A stretch of DNA of 64,000 nucleotides from a cyanobacterium endosymbiont of Rhopalodia gibba (GCA_045159875.1 CP067995.1:1632001-1696000); one strand, 5' to 3'. Positions 10,749 through 22,109 are shown, numbered from the stretch's first letter. The notes: generated by a model not told the origin, from the sequence alone. Program-made: numbers and translations.

Positions 10749-12419
10749 ATGTCTAGTTTCCAATCAAAATATCCATGGTGGTATGGATGCGTAATCTATG
10801 AAATTTACATCCGTAGCTTTTACGATAGCAATGGTGATGGTGTAGGAGATTTACCAGGAATCATAAAAAAGCTCGATTATTTAGCATCTCTTCCCATTGA
10901 TGCTCTTTGGATCACACCTTTTTATCAATCTCCGATGAAGGATTATGGATATGATATCTCAGATTATTATGCGGTTGATCCTCTGTTTGGGACCCTAGAA
11001 GATTTTGAAGAATTAATTGAGAGAGCTCACACCCGCAATCTTAAAATTGTAGTTGATCAGGTATGGAGTCATACCTCTGATGTTCATCCTTGGTTTATTG
11101 AAAGTTGTTCAAATCGCCATAATTCCAAGGCGGATTGGTATATTTGGGCTGATGCTAACCAAGGAGATGTTCCAAATAATTGGTTGTCAATTTTCGGAGG
11201 AACTGCTTGGAAATGGTGTGAATCTCGCCAACAATATTATCTTCATAATTTTATCGATAGCCAACCTGATCTCAACTGGCATAACCCTGATGTCGTTAGA
11301 GAAATTATGAAAGTAGTAGAATTTTGGCTAGAAAAAGGAGTTGATGGAGTACGTCTCGATGCTTGTAATTACTACATGCATGATCAAAATCTACTAGATA
11401 ATCCGAGTCGTACCAAAGGAATGCCCAATCAAGATGGGGTTTCTTCCCTTAATCCGTACTCTAAGTTTATTAACCTTCACAATATGAATGAGGTTAAAAA
11501 CATCAAATCCTTAAGACGCATCCGCAAAACCCTGAATAAATACCCTGGAACCTTTGCTATTGGAGAGATTGTGGCGGCTGATGATCCAATGCGACAAACG
11601 GTTGAGTATATTCGGGGAGCAAATCGATTACATACAGCGTACAATAGCGCTTTGTTGGTTAATGAGAAACTAACCCCCAAATTAATTGCCGAGGTGATCG
11701 AAGATTTATCTATTCATCTTGAATCGGATGAGGAAGAAATGATCTGTATCACTATGAGTACTCATGACTTTCCTCGTGCTAGGTCAAGGTGGCAACCGGA
11801 CGATGCTTCTCTAATCCCCGCTTTTGAAAAAATGCTCATTTCTTTGTTACCTACCCTACGGGGCATTATTTCTCTTTATCAAGGGGAAGAATTAGGGCTA
11901 ACAGAAACCAATGTCTCTAAAGAGAAGATGAAAGATCCTTTTGGGATTTTCTTCTATCCTTATTTTGCGGGACGCGATGGCTGTCGAACTCCTATGCCTT
12001 GGGAATCAGATGCAAATAACTTTGGTTTCACAGATAATGAGGAACCTTGGCTTCCTGCCGATGAACGATATCGGTCTCTTGCTGTTTCGGCTCAAGAAGA
12101 GAGAGAAGATTCTATGCTTAACTATTTTCGATTTTTTCTAAAATGGCGTAATCGTCAACCGGCTTTGAAATATGGGTCGGTGGAATTGATTGAAGCAGGA
12201 GATAGTATCTTATCCTTTTTACGAAAAACCCCTGATCAAGAACTTCTTTGTGTCTTTAATATTAGTGAACAAACCAATTCCTATCTTATTTCTTTTCGGT
12301 ATGGAAAGGAAATTGTCGGGTCTAATCTTATAAGTTTCCCAGCAACCAATTTGGGTAATGGACAGAGAACCCTTGAAATGGAACCTTTTGGCTTTGGCAT
12401 TTTTGAACGAGAGTCGTAA
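10749..12419 (+). CDS. Alpha-glucosidase, glycoside hydrolase family 13
   Basis: IYEIYIRSFYDSNGDGVGDL, DYGYDISDY, QPDLNWHNP, GVDGVRLDA (nucleophile), THDFPR, YQGEELGL, GRDGCRTPMPW. Confidence 0.92.
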   Translation: MSSFQSKYPWWYGCVIYEIYIRSFYDSNGDGVGDLPGIIKKLDYLASLPIDALWITPFYQSPMKDYGYDISDYYAVDPLFGTLEDFEELIERAHTRNLKIVVDQVWSHTSDVHPWFIESCSNRHNSKADWYIWADANQGDVPNNWLSIFGGTAWKWCESRQQYYLHNFIDSQPDLNWHNPDVVREIMKVVEFWLEKGVDGVRLDACNYYMHDQNLLDNPSRTKGMPNQDGVSSLNPYSKFINLHNMNEVKNIKSLRRIRKTLNKYPGTFAIGEIVAADDPMRQTVEYIRGANRLHTAYNSALLVNEKLTPKLIAEVIEDLSIHLESDEEEMICITMSTHDFPRARSRWQPDDASLIPAFEKMLISLLPTLRGIISLYQGEELGLTETNVSKEKMKDPFGIFFYPYFAGRDGCRTPMPWESDANNFGFTDNEEPWLPADERYRSLAVSAQEEREDSMLNYFRFFLKWRNRQPALKYGSVELIEAGDSILSFLRKTPDQELLCVFNISEQTNSYLISFRYGKEIVGSNLISFPATNLGNGQRTLEMEPFGFGIFERES

Positions 12420-12804
12420 TTAGGTATTATTATTTGATGCTTCTTCTACTATTGTTAGCAGGAGCGTCAAAAAAAGAAATTATTTTGATTTTAAATTGAG
12501 TAAAAGAAATGATATTGCGGCTAACTTAAAATTTACTCAAGGATTCCCAATAAACCAAAATAACTTAGCTAGTTTTCTAAAAATAAACACAATCAAGACA
12601 ACTGATGAATCGCGACAATTAGTTTTCGACTATCTAGTCTCCAAATCGGTTACACTTTTCCAAAAAGTCCCTAGTTGTCAGTTGATTTCCTTTGAATTCT
12701 TATCCATTTTGTCCCGAATCAACTTAAGAACTTTCATCTATCAAACAAGTCAATGTAATGGATTCATTCATCGGGTAGATTGCTAATTAGTAGATTTATT
12801 ACCA

Positions 12805-13494
12805 TTAAATTGGTAATTGTTGAATATCCTTGTTGGAACCAATGACAACCATTACTAAGTTTTTATCCAGCTTTTCTTGGGGAGTAGGATTAATTTTAAA
12901 TTTATCTTCTTTTCCAGTAGCCAAAACATTTATTTTATAACGATTCCTAAGATTTAATTCCTCAATTGTTTTTCCGTGAAATTCCTCAGGAACCCAAATT
13001 TCTACAATACTGTGATCAGGATCAAGATCAAATCGTTCAAGAATAGCTGGTTTTGTCAGAGTATAAGCCAATTCACACCCAGCATGATATTCAGGAAAGA
13101 CCACTAAATCTGCTCCCACCCGTTCCAATAACTTTCCATGAACCTTAGAAGATGCTTTAGCCACAACCCATTCAACACCACCTTCTTTTACGTTGAGGGC
13201 CGTAACAATACTTTCTTCTAAATAATTCCCAATAGCCACAATTACCGTATCAAATTCGAAAATTCCAGCCTCTTTTAAAGCATTAGGTTGAGTTGAATCT
13301 AATTGAATAGCACTAGAAGCAATTTTCTCATTTAAAACTTGTGCTACTAGGGATTCTTTAATGTCAGTTCCTAATACTTCATAGCCTAATTTATAAAGTG
13401 TTCCAGAGACAGCGCGTCCAAAACGGCCTAAACCAATAACCGCAAATTGACGAGTATCTCGACGAAGATTATTCAAAAACTTTAAGGATTTCAA
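12805..13494 (-). CDS. ktrA: Ktr/Trk K+ uptake system NAD-binding subunit (KtrA/TrkA family)
   Basis: FAVIGLGRFG Rossmann motif, TrkA-N and TrkA-C domains, TTG start with GGGGAG SD, adjacent to ktrB. Confidence 0.92.
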   Translation of the reverse strand: MKSLKFLNNLRRDTRQFAVIGLGRFGRAVSGTLYKLGYEVLGTDIKESLVAQVLNEKIASSAIQLDSTQPNALKEAGIFEFDTVIVAIGNYLEESIVTALNVKEGGVEWVVAKASSKVHGKLLERVGADLVVFPEYHAGCELAYTLTKPAILERFDLDPDHSIVEIWVPEEFHGKTIEELNLRNRYKINVLATGKEDKFKINPTPQEKLDKNLVMVVIGSNKDIQQLPI

Positions 13495-13592
13495 TGTTCT
13501 CCCCCTATTCTTTTGTTATTTAAAGGTTGCAGTTTTTAACTCTCAATTTTACCTTTTATGGTTAAAAATCACGAGATAACTTAATCCATTCC

Positions 13593-14957
13593 TTACCCAA
13601 CCAACAAACGTTCTTCAGGATATTGAACAACCCTAGGATTGATCTCACCGACAATGGCTGCCATAAAGACAAGAATACCTACTCTCCCAGTATACATGGC
13701 TAAAATTATTAAAAGTTGTGACAGGGGAGAAAGGCTGGCGGTAATCCCGGTGGAAAGTCCCACCGTAGTAAAAGCTGAAATCACCTCAAATAAAACTTGA
13801 AATGAACTGACTTCAGTATCAAAGAAAGCCGGGTGAAAACTAATCTCAATAAAGGAGATAAGAAAAGTAATAGAAATCACGGTAATGGTTGAACCAAAAA
13901 CAACAGCTACTGCTTTTAAGATTAGAGAAACTGGAATCTCACGCTTATACATCACTACCTGATCGTTACCGCGTAAAACTGAACGGGTGCAATTAGTTAA
14001 GATACGAAGTGTTGTAGTTTTAATTCCTCCTCCTGTTCCGCTGGGACTCGCCCCAACAAACATAAAACCCATGGTTAAAAATAGTCCAGAAATTGTCATT
14101 CCTCCAATATCAATACTGTTAAACCCGGCAGTTCTAGTTGTTACAGATTGAAACCATGCCCCTAATAATTTACTTTTAAAATCTAGTGACGCTAAGGTGT
14201 TCTGATTTTTATATTCAACCAATAGAAACATAATTGTTCCCAGTATCAGTAAGAATGCTGTAGTACTAATGACTACTTTGAAGTTAAGAGATAAAAAAAC
14301 TCTTTCTCTACGCTTTTTAATTTTGTGTAAAATCCAAAGATACAGTTCAATAATAACTGAATAACCAATGCCTCCAAAAATAATTAAAAAAGCGACTACA
14401 AAATTAATTGTAAGAGAATCTTGAAAGCCAACTAAACTATCTAGAAACAAACTAAATCCAGCATTATTCCAGGCACTAATACTATGAAAGACAGATATCC
14501 ATAATGCACCAATTTTTCCATATTTTTCTGTAAAAAAGTTAAATAAGAGTAAAGCCCCTACAATTTCAAAAAGAAGAGTCATCCCAATAATAGAACGAAT
14601 AATTGTTTTGCTATTTTCTTGGCGAAGGGGACGATCTAAAGATTCTTGAATAGCTAATTTTTGTCGAAGATCAAATCGCCGACCAGTTAATAATATTAAA
14701 AAGGTTGTTGTTGTCATATATCCTAATCCTCCTATTTGAATTAATAGCAGGATAATCAATTGTCCCCAAAAAGAAAAATAGCTCCCTGTATCAACTACAA
14801 TTAAGCCAGTTACACAAACAGCAGAAGTTGCTGTAAATAAGGCAATAATCGGGTTATTCCAATGATAATCATAGGTAGAAAATGGCAAAATCAACAAGAG
14901 AGTTCCTACTGAAATAACAGCTAAAAACCCTAAACAAATAGTACGAGCAATAGTCAT
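13593..14957 (-). CDS. ktrB: Ktr/Trk K+ uptake membrane subunit (KtrB/TrkH family)
   Basis: SAVCVTGL, SAWNNAGF, TTRTAGF, GTGGGIKTTT, SAFTTVGLS pore-loop motifs. Start set at ATG 14957. Confidence 0.93.
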   Translation of the reverse strand: MTIARTICLGFLAVISVGTLLLILPFSTYDYHWNNPIIALFTATSAVCVTGLIVVDTGSYFSFWGQLIILLLIQIGGLGYMTTTTFLILLTGRRFDLRQKLAIQESLDRPLRQENSKTIIRSIIGMTLLFEIVGALLLFNFFTEKYGKIGALWISVFHSISAWNNAGFSLFLDSLVGFQDSLTINFVVAFLIIFGGIGYSVIIELYLWILHKIKKRRERVFLSLNFKVVISTTAFLLILGTIMFLLVEYKNQNTLASLDFKSKLLGAWFQSVTTRTAGFNSIDIGGMTISGLFLTMGFMFVGASPSGTGGGIKTTTLRILTNCTRSVLRGNDQVVMYKREIPVSLILKAVAVVFGSTITVISITFLISFIEISFHPAFFDTEVSSFQVLFEVISAFTTVGLSTGITASLSPLSQLLIILAMYTGRVGILVFMAAIVGEINPRVVQYPEERLLVG

Positions 14958-15350
14958 AAAAAATGATAGCAAGTAACGGCAAAAAAACCAAGACAATATG
15001 GCTTTTCTAGACTGTATTTGACAACTTTATAATAAAAAAATTCGGAAGTCTTACTTTGCAAGATTTCCAAAATCCCAAAGACTTGATCTTTATTGAAATT
15101 AAGTTTTTGGGGTAACATGATACAGTCAGAATAAAAATTTTAACTATATTATGTCACTAACTTATCATACTAAGTCTAGAAGAGCCAAGAATATTACTGA
15201 TGAGTCTGAAATTTGTTTTGCTATTAAGTGAAGGATGACATATTATTTCCTCACTCCCTGCTGAAAGCCTAGCGTTGATTCGGTAACTTCATCAATAAAA
15301 AAAGCTTAATTTGGCATTTGTTTACCTTTGATGTAAGTGGTTTTGATTAT

Positions 15351-16964
15351 TTATTCTTGTGATCGCCAAAAAACAATCGATTCATTAAGGGGTTTAATTG
15401 TTGCTCCGGGATAATAAAAAGAAAGGATATTTTCAGCACTCCAACCTAATTTAGCCAAATTGTAAGATCCATATTGGCTCATCCCCACACCATGGCCAAA
15501 TCCTCCTCCAACAAAGGCGAACCCTCTTAATTGTTTTTGATTATTATAGATAGGTTTTAGATAAAATAACGTACTGCGAGGGGGATAAAAAGCACTACGA
15601 ACTTCATTTTTATGTAACTCTAAAGAACCTTTGTCCGTTTCTATTTTCATGGTCAAAATGCGCCCAGATTCCGATCTTTCAATGACTTCCATCCATCGAA
15701 TCATTTCAAAATCAGCTAAGGGATGTTTGCGTTTTTCAAGATACTTTTTTAAATCCTGACTTAAACTTTCAAGAGTTGCTTGTCGATTCCAACGAAAAAC
15801 ATTTCTTCCTGTTTCATTAAATCCATTCTTTAAACTAATAAAATTACGAAAATCTTGTTCCTTAGCTAAGGATATTTTTGACAAATCCCAAAGTTTTTTA
15901 GGAGAATCAATAACCGCCTTAAGATAAGGCCTTTCTTCTCCATTCCAAACATCACTAAACTTAGCTGTCACTCCTCCTGTGGTCGAGGAATAAAGAGCAT
16001 CTACTAACTCATTTTCATAAGTTAATACTAAGCCTTTGGTAGCTGCGACCGCTTGATCAGCTTTAGAACTAGTTTCACTTAACCCATAATAAACTTGACA
16101 GTGAGTTGTAGCACACAATTGGTAGTTATCTGCTTGAAACCGTCGTACATTCCGTAAGGCATAAGTACGGGCAATAATAGTTTGAGCTTTTGCTGCATTG
16201 AGGGGAGCAGATGGTCCGATTTCATGAGGAACAACTCCTCTGAGATAAGTTTCAAGAGGAACATTGTTAACTAAAGTGTAGGTTCCATAGGCGTTGGGTT
16301 GTAGCCGTAGACTTCCCCCATAATAACGGACTTTTCCTTGACTTAGACTAACTTGAACAGGATTTCTTCCTGGGATTATCTCTAAATAATCAGGACTATA
16401 AATTTTACCATCCACTGTAAAAGTTGCTCGGGGAGTAGCTGCTAAAATTTCCAATTCAAGATAGACATCCCTAAACCCTTTAGTTTTAAGATTTTCTAGT
16501 AACCAACGACGTAATAGGGGAGTTTCGTAAACATCGCGTTTTGCCCAAACTTGCCACTGTTCAGGTTGAGTAACTTCTACTTTAATTCCCCTTTCTTTCC
16601 ATTTATTCGCACTGTCTTCCGCAGTTTCAAAAGTAGCATGATCACTTAAAATCACTTTCTCTCGTAGCACAGGTGTCGATAAAGGTTCTTTAACTACTTC
16701 AATAGTAAATTGCTTGGTTTGAACGATTTGTTGTTGGCTATCATCGTCGTTAAATTTTAGAGTTAGGGTATCCTCACTAGTAGCTGCAATGACCAATTTT
16801 TCCTTTTCTTTTTCTCCAAACCTTTGAACCACTCCTACATCTAGCTCAACATCTGTTGCTGTCACAGAGGATGTACAAACCCCTCCAAGTAAAATAGGAA
16901 GGAAAAATAAGCTGACACATAGACGTTTGCCCCTGACTGGGCGACGAGTCTTGGTAATTTCCAT
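15351..16964 (-). CDS. SpoIID/LytB domain protein (amidase enhancer / lytic transglycosylase-like)
   Basis: LETYLRGVVPHE, AQTIIARTYA, LCATTHCQVY, GFGHGVGMSQYG, ILSFYYPG and an N-terminal signal-like segment. Confidence 0.9.
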   Translation of the reverse strand: MEITKTRRPVRGKRLCVSLFFLPILLGGVCTSSVTATDVELDVGVVQRFGEKEKEKLVIAATSEDTLTLKFNDDDSQQQIVQTKQFTIEVVKEPLSTPVLREKVILSDHATFETAEDSANKWKERGIKVEVTQPEQWQVWAKRDVYETPLLRRWLLENLKTKGFRDVYLELEILAATPRATFTVDGKIYSPDYLEIIPGRNPVQVSLSQGKVRYYGGSLRLQPNAYGTYTLVNNVPLETYLRGVVPHEIGPSAPLNAAKAQTIIARTYALRNVRRFQADNYQLCATTHCQVYYGLSETSSKADQAVAATKGLVLTYENELVDALYSSTTGGVTAKFSDVWNGEERPYLKAVIDSPKKLWDLSKISLAKEQDFRNFISLKNGFNETGRNVFRWNRQATLESLSQDLKKYLEKRKHPLADFEMIRWMEVIERSESGRILTMKIETDKGSLELHKNEVRSAFYPPRSTLFYLKPIYNNQKQLRGFAFVGGGFGHGVGMSQYGSYNLAKLGWSAENILSFYYPGATIKPLNESIVFWRSQE

Positions 16965-17442
16965 ATTGAGCTAGATTTATAGTTTTTCTATTTTACGCTT
17001 TGTTATTTTTTATATCAGAATTATGGAAAATTTATATTTCTCCATTATGTAAACATAAGTTAACCTATTCACTAGACGGGATCTTATTAAAAATTGTTGC
17101 TAGCCGTCTTGGGAAAAATTTTGTTACGCCCTAACATTTGAAATTCATAAGTTTTTTAGTATCACATCAATTATGGTAAGGTATTACTAACAATCAGCTG
17201 AGATTCTATAAAGTAGAGTTATAGAAAACATTGCGACAGCAACTATAACCGCTTGCTGCCAAATTTACTTATCCTCAAAGGATTCATAACATCACTTGTA
17301 ATGCTAAAATTAGAAATTTCTAAAAATGAATAAGGACAAGAAGTTAGAAAGATAAATTTAATTAATATCGACTATTTCCAAATACTTATAATTTATTTTT
17401 TTTTAAACAACTATCTATATTTTAAGTTAGAAAAATTGTACA

Positions 17443-18135
17443 TTAGTCATCTATTTTTACATAAACTTGCCAATTAATGATATCTTCTAATAAAGATTTA
17501 TAGCCAGCAACATTAGGATGAAGTCCGTCAGGAGTTAACCGTGAGCGGAACCAATCTTCTCCGCGTCCTAACCACAAATCAAAAATATCTAGATAAGGAA
17601 TATTAAAATTATTACAGGCTTTTTTAGTAGCTTCTTTATAGCGATACTGATCAAAATGATTAAAGTAAAAACAACCCAGAAATGGCATTTTTTCTTCATC
17701 AACTGGAACCATTCCTATAAAAATAGCTGGACACAGTTGTTGTGCTTGGTGTAATAAATGGTTGATTTGCTGCTCAAATACTGTAAAGTCTGTAAATAAG
17801 CGTCCATTAGGTTGTCCTAGCCTAGGAGAATCATTAAGTCCCACCGAGAGGATAATTAAATCAGGGACTTGGTTACGCAACTCTCCGCGATATCGAAATT
17901 CTCCCTCTAATCGTTCAGACACCTGAGAAACACGATCCCCCCTAATCCCTAAATTGTACAAGACATGACCAGTCTGTAAATCTCTCATCCACTGACGACG
18001 TAGTCTTTCTGCCCAACCTCCACCGACTGGATCGCCATGTCCATAAACTAAACTATCTCCCAAAGCGACTATTTTTAAAGGTTGAGACTTGACAGGTGAT
18101 TTAAAAAGTCGAGTGGGCTTTTCAACAGTTTGCAT
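17443..18135 (-). CDS. SGNH/GDSL-family lipase/esterase
   Basis: ALGDSLVYG, NLGIRGD, VGLND, DGLHPN blocks. Start set at ATG 18135 behind a GAGGAG SD. Confidence 0.9.
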   Translation of the reverse strand: MQTVEKPTRLFKSPVKSQPLKIVALGDSLVYGHGDPVGGGWAERLRRQWMRDLQTGHVLYNLGIRGDRVSQVSERLEGEFRYRGELRNQVPDLIILSVGLNDSPRLGQPNGRLFTDFTVFEQQINHLLHQAQQLCPAIFIGMVPVDEEKMPFLGCFYFNHFDQYRYKEATKKACNNFNIPYLDIFDLWLGRGEDWFRSRLTPDGLHPNVAGYKSLLEDIINWQVYVKIDD

Positions 18136-18303
18136 TAGGGAATATCTCCTCAAGCGAATTTCTGGACAGCTTGATGTTTTTGTACAGGCGTTGATTATAA
18201 CTTACACAGTAATCGTTCTTAGTGTTGGACTATACAGTCGTTAAAACGACTGTTATTATAGATATAATCTTGGTTAACCCGTTCCCCATCCTACATATTA
18301 TTC

Positions 18304-18534
18304 ATGCATAAAAGACTTGCTTTTGACTCATCTGAAGTTATATATCACGCTCAGGAACTCCTCGATGCTGCGACTAACCGCTATAGAATTACGGTGCAAG
18401 TAGCTAACCGTGCTAAACGTCGTCGTTACGAGGAATTTGATAGCATTGACGATCCTTTAATGAAACCGGCTATTCGTGCCATTATTGAAATGTCAGATGA
18501 ACTTACCCAACCTGAAATCATTAGTGATAATTGA
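18304..18534 (+). CDS. rpoZ: RNA polymerase omega subunit (cyanobacterial, Ycf61)
   Basis: [19 protein letters not shown]...[14 protein letters not shown]. Confidence 0.93.
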   Translation: MHKRLAFDSSEVIYHAQELLDAATNRYRITVQVANRAKRRRYEEFDSIDDPLMKPAIRAIIEMSDELTQPEIISDN

Positions 18535-18628
18535 AGACTAAAATCTATACTGAGCCTACCAAGTTTGTCTAGATAAGCCATAAAAATGGCAAAAAATCTA
18601 TATAAACTATATTTTAATATTATCAGTT

Positions 18629-19264
18629 ATGCTTTGGAAACTTCTTTATCCTTGGAATTTTTGCTCACATCTCCAGCGAAACATGAGACTACTGGTCATT
18701 TTTTTCCTGAGTGCTAGCCTAGTTATAGGGGTGGGACGGTTTGAACTCTCTCGAGATGACAGTTTTAAAGTTAAACCTGTGAACGCTCAAACCCTACGAC
18801 CGGAGGAAGCTGCTGCTATAGTTTATGAAAAATTATCCTATTTGCCCAAAGAAAATCAATATATCCGTAGGGATACAGAGAAAATTGATCCTGTTCAAAC
18901 TTTAATCAGTCGTTTGATCCGCTATCATCGGGATTTAAAACGTCGGGAACCCAGTGTTTCTCTTGATTGGAAAATTACCCTGGCTGACTACTTAGGGGTG
19001 AATGAATCAATGAAGAAAGATCGCTATCCTGGTAGTTCTACTCTTCAAAGTAACCCACTAACTCTTGACGTTGAGGCAATTCAAGAATTAAACCGCCATC
19101 AACGTCAGGAGTTAGTGGATTTGTTGGTTAGTATCTATACTCCTAAACAGAAAAAACTAAAACTTCCTACAATTCAGACAGAATCAGTACCTGAGCTTTC
19201 TCAACCGACTTTTACTATAGGACCTGGACTTTCTAAGCCGGGAGATGCTGATTTATTAAAGTGA
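18629..19264 (+). CDS. Hypothetical protein with N-terminal hydrophobic/signal segment
   Basis: 211-aa ORF. ENQYI...TLISRLIRYH...LDWKITLADYLG is typical of a conserved cyanobacterial protein found next to rpoZ. Exact start uncertain. Confidence 0.75.
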   Translation: MLWKLLYPWNFCSHLQRNMRLLVIFFLSASLVIGVGRFELSRDDSFKVKPVNAQTLRPEEAAAIVYEKLSYLPKENQYIRRDTEKIDPVQTLISRLIRYHRDLKRREPSVSLDWKITLADYLGVNESMKKDRYPGSSTLQSNPLTLDVEAIQELNRHQRQELVDLLVSIYTPKQKKLKLPTIQTESVPELSQPTFTIGPGLSKPGDADLLK

Positions 19265-19282
19265 TGCTGACTTATTAAAGTT

Positions 19283-19651
19283 ATGAGTGATCGTCTAATT
19301 AAAAAAGGAACAGGATGGCGTATTGGCTGGAATCCTAACGCTGTTCCTTATCAGGGATTAATTGGTGGCAAAGATTGGGCAATAGAATTGACTGAAGCTG
19401 AATTTAAGGATTTTTGCCGTTTGTTTAAAAAGTTAGCTGAGACAATGGAAATGATGTCCCAGGAATTGATGGACGCTGAAAAAATTGCCTGTGAAGCAGA
19501 AAGCGACTTTTTGTGGTTAGAAGTAGAAGGATATCCCCATGCTTATTCCTTACGTTTTATTCTTAACCAGGGTCGTTGTTGCGAGGGAAACTGGTCTGAA
19601 GAAATGGTAAAAGAATTATTTCAGGCAGTTAAAATATTCGAAATATCTTAA
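19283..19651 (+). CDS. DUF1818 family protein
   Basis: GTGWRIGWNP, GLIGGKDWAIELTEAE, ELMDAEKI..E..FLWLEVEG. Confidence 0.85.
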   Translation: MSDRLIKKGTGWRIGWNPNAVPYQGLIGGKDWAIELTEAEFKDFCRLFKKLAETMEMMSQELMDAEKIACEAESDFLWLEVEGYPHAYSLRFILNQGRCCEGNWSEEMVKELFQAVKIFEIS

Positions 19652-20358
19652 TTTTTTTAGAAAATATAATGATAAAAATAATTTCTAGGTGAATGATTTA
19701 AAGAAGATAAGAATTACTAGGTTTTCCAAGAAGTGATGAAAAAAAATTGTGAAAAAAAGAATATATAAACTTTATTCAAGAAGTTTTAGAAAAAATAAAA
19801 ACACTTAGTAATAGCCAACAACTTTTTAAAGTTTTAAAAAGAGAAAAAAATTAGATTAACCTATAGTATTTTTTGTAAAATTTTAAAAAAAAGGGCTAAA
19901 AATGTGGACAAAAAAAGTAAGGACAAGAGATCATCCATGTTCTAAAAAAAAGAACTAAAAAAGACAGTAAAGATTTTGGATGAAGAGGTATATGAGGCTA
20001 AAAAGTACTGCAAAGACGAAAAAATATATACAGTGATTATTCTTAATAATGATTTTAGTACATACAAGTAGTTTACTTAAAATAAAACTTAAATGATAAA
20101 AAAAAACTATACTTATTCTCTCTATCAACTTAGAGTCCAGAAATGAATTTAATAAAACAAAAATAATATGATAAACTCATGAAATTTTTCTAAAGATGTT
20201 TGAACATAAATATGGTTCAGATAAGACAGTTAAACAGAGTTTGTATCGAACGGTTTCTAATCTAATCAATTGAAGCTTAATATTATCTACTTATATAAAG
20301 ACAAAACAGCAAACAGAATAAACACTGTTCACTGTTTTTGATTTACGAATATCTAAAT

Positions 20359-20634
20359 TCAACCACCAGCAACTGCTGGGACAATACTTACTTCATCCCC
20401 GTCACTGAGAATAGTATTTGTATTATCTAAAAAGCGAATATCTTCACTATTTACATAAAAATTTAGAAAGCGACGGGGAGCTCCAGTTTCATCACATAAA
20501 CGTGCTTTAATTCCAGGAAAAGTCTTTTCAAGGGAGTCAAGTAATTCGTTAAAATTACTCGCTGTACATTCACAGTCTTTTTGATTGTTCGTAAACTTTT
20601 GCAAAGGTGTAGGAATTAATACTTTAACAGCCAT
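20359..20634 (-). CDS. MoaD/ThiS (CysO-like) ubiquitin-fold sulfur-carrier protein
   Basis: [10 protein letters not shown]...[12 protein letters not shown]...IVPAVAGG with C-terminal GG. Confidence 0.92.
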   Translation of the reverse strand: MAVKVLIPTPLQKFTNNQKDCECTASNFNELLDSLEKTFPGIKARLCDETGAPRRFLNFYVNSEDIRFLDNTNTILSDGDEVSIVPAVAGG

Positions 20635-20736
20635 AGTTTTTTAGCAATAACTAATAATTATCAATTATCTAGCGTAGTAAGGGAGTGTAGCCATCAGGTA
20701 TGAATAAATGAGGAAATTCTGACGACTACGCAGAGA

Positions 20737-22029
20737 CTAAACTAAAACTTGTTGCCATTCAAGACGTTCTAAGGTCCGAGAACGTTCCAAAGCACGTTCA
20801 AAACTATCAAGTTTTGGCTCAATGGTCAGGGGTTCACCAATATATCCTTGAACCGCTTCTTGAGTTTTTAGTCCATTTCCGGTGATGTAAACCACGGTAG
20901 TTTCTTCAGGGTCAATCTTTCTGGCTTCTACTAGCTTCTTTAGGACGGCAATAGTGGTTCCTCCGGCAGTTTCGGTGAAGATACCTTCAGTTTCCGCCAA
21001 AAGTTTAATTCCTTCAATAATTTCTGCATCGGTGGCACTTTCAATATTTCCATTAGTTTTACGGGCAATATCGAGGGAATAGCACCCATCAGCTGGATTT
21101 CCAATGGCTATAGATTTTGCAATAGTATTCGGTTTGACAGGGGTTATAAAGTCTCGTCCTTCTTTAAAGGCGGTAGCTATAGGGGAACATCCTTCTGCTT
21201 GTGCGCCACTGAAACGGACAAGTTTATCTTCAAGTAATCCTGTTTTGATGAATTCTTGGAACCCTTTGTAAATCTTAGTATAGAGGGAACCAGAAGCTAA
21301 GGGGGCAACTATATGATCAGGAAGTTTCCAGCCAAGTTGTTCAGCTACTTCAAACCCTAGGGTTTTAGAACCTTCAGAATAGTAGGGACGTAAATTAATA
21401 TTAACAAATCCCCATTCGTAGCTATTACTTACTTCGCAACAAAGACGATTCACTTGATCATAGTTTCCTTTAACCGCTATTACCGTAGGGTTGTAGATAA
21501 GAGTCCCGAGAATTTTACCTGCTTCTAAATCAGCTGGGATAAAGACACAACAATCTAACCCAGCATGAGCAGCGATAGCTGCAGTAGAGTTGGCTAAATT
21601 TCCTGTACTAGCACAAGAAACTGTTGTGAAGCCCAATTCTCTAGCACGAGTCATGGCTACAGAAACCACTCTATCCTTAAAGCTGAGGGTCGGCATATTC
21701 ACCGCATCGTTTTTGATATAGAGATCTTTCAGACCCAAGCGACGGGCTAAGCGCTTTGATTTCACCAAAGGAGTCATCCCAGTGCCAACATCAATAGGAT
21801 TTTCGCTTTCTACGGGCAAAAATGCTTTATAACGCCAAATGGAATTAGGCCCTGTTTCGATGATTTCACGACTCACTTGAGCGCGAATGGCATCGTAGTC
21901 ATAAGCCACTTCTAGAGGAGAAAAGGTTTCTTCACACACATGAAGAGCTTTTAGCGGATATTTCACGCCACCTTCTTTAGAAACGAGATGGGTGAAAGTA
22001 GCGGTTTGGGTTTGTGTTGCCTGGGTCAT
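20737..22029 (-). CDS. thrC: Threonine synthase-like PLP enzyme (fold type II)
   Basis: PTLSFKDR (PLP Lys), CASTGNLA, EGSKT, PLASGSL, ITGNGLKT. Upstream of the sulfur-carrier gene on the same strand. Confidence 0.88.
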   Translation of the reverse strand: MTQATQTQTATFTHLVSKEGGVKYPLKALHVCEETFSPLEVAYDYDAIRAQVSREIIETGPNSIWRYKAFLPVESENPIDVGTGMTPLVKSKRLARRLGLKDLYIKNDAVNMPTLSFKDRVVSVAMTRARELGFTTVSCASTGNLANSTAAIAAHAGLDCCVFIPADLEAGKILGTLIYNPTVIAVKGNYDQVNRLCCEVSNSYEWGFVNINLRPYYSEGSKTLGFEVAEQLGWKLPDHIVAPLASGSLYTKIYKGFQEFIKTGLLEDKLVRFSGAQAEGCSPIATAFKEGRDFITPVKPNTIAKSIAIGNPADGCYSLDIARKTNGNIESATDAEIIEGIKLLAETEGIFTETAGGTTIAVLKKLVEARKIDPEETTVVYITGNGLKTQEAVQGYIGEPLTIEPKLDSFERALERSRTLERLEWQQVLV

Positions 22030-22109
22030 GGTTTTCGATCCTGATTTCTCGTGAATCTTTTACTGAAAAATTCTGTAATCTTCCGTAGATTTCTTACTCC
22101 GTTTCAAGC

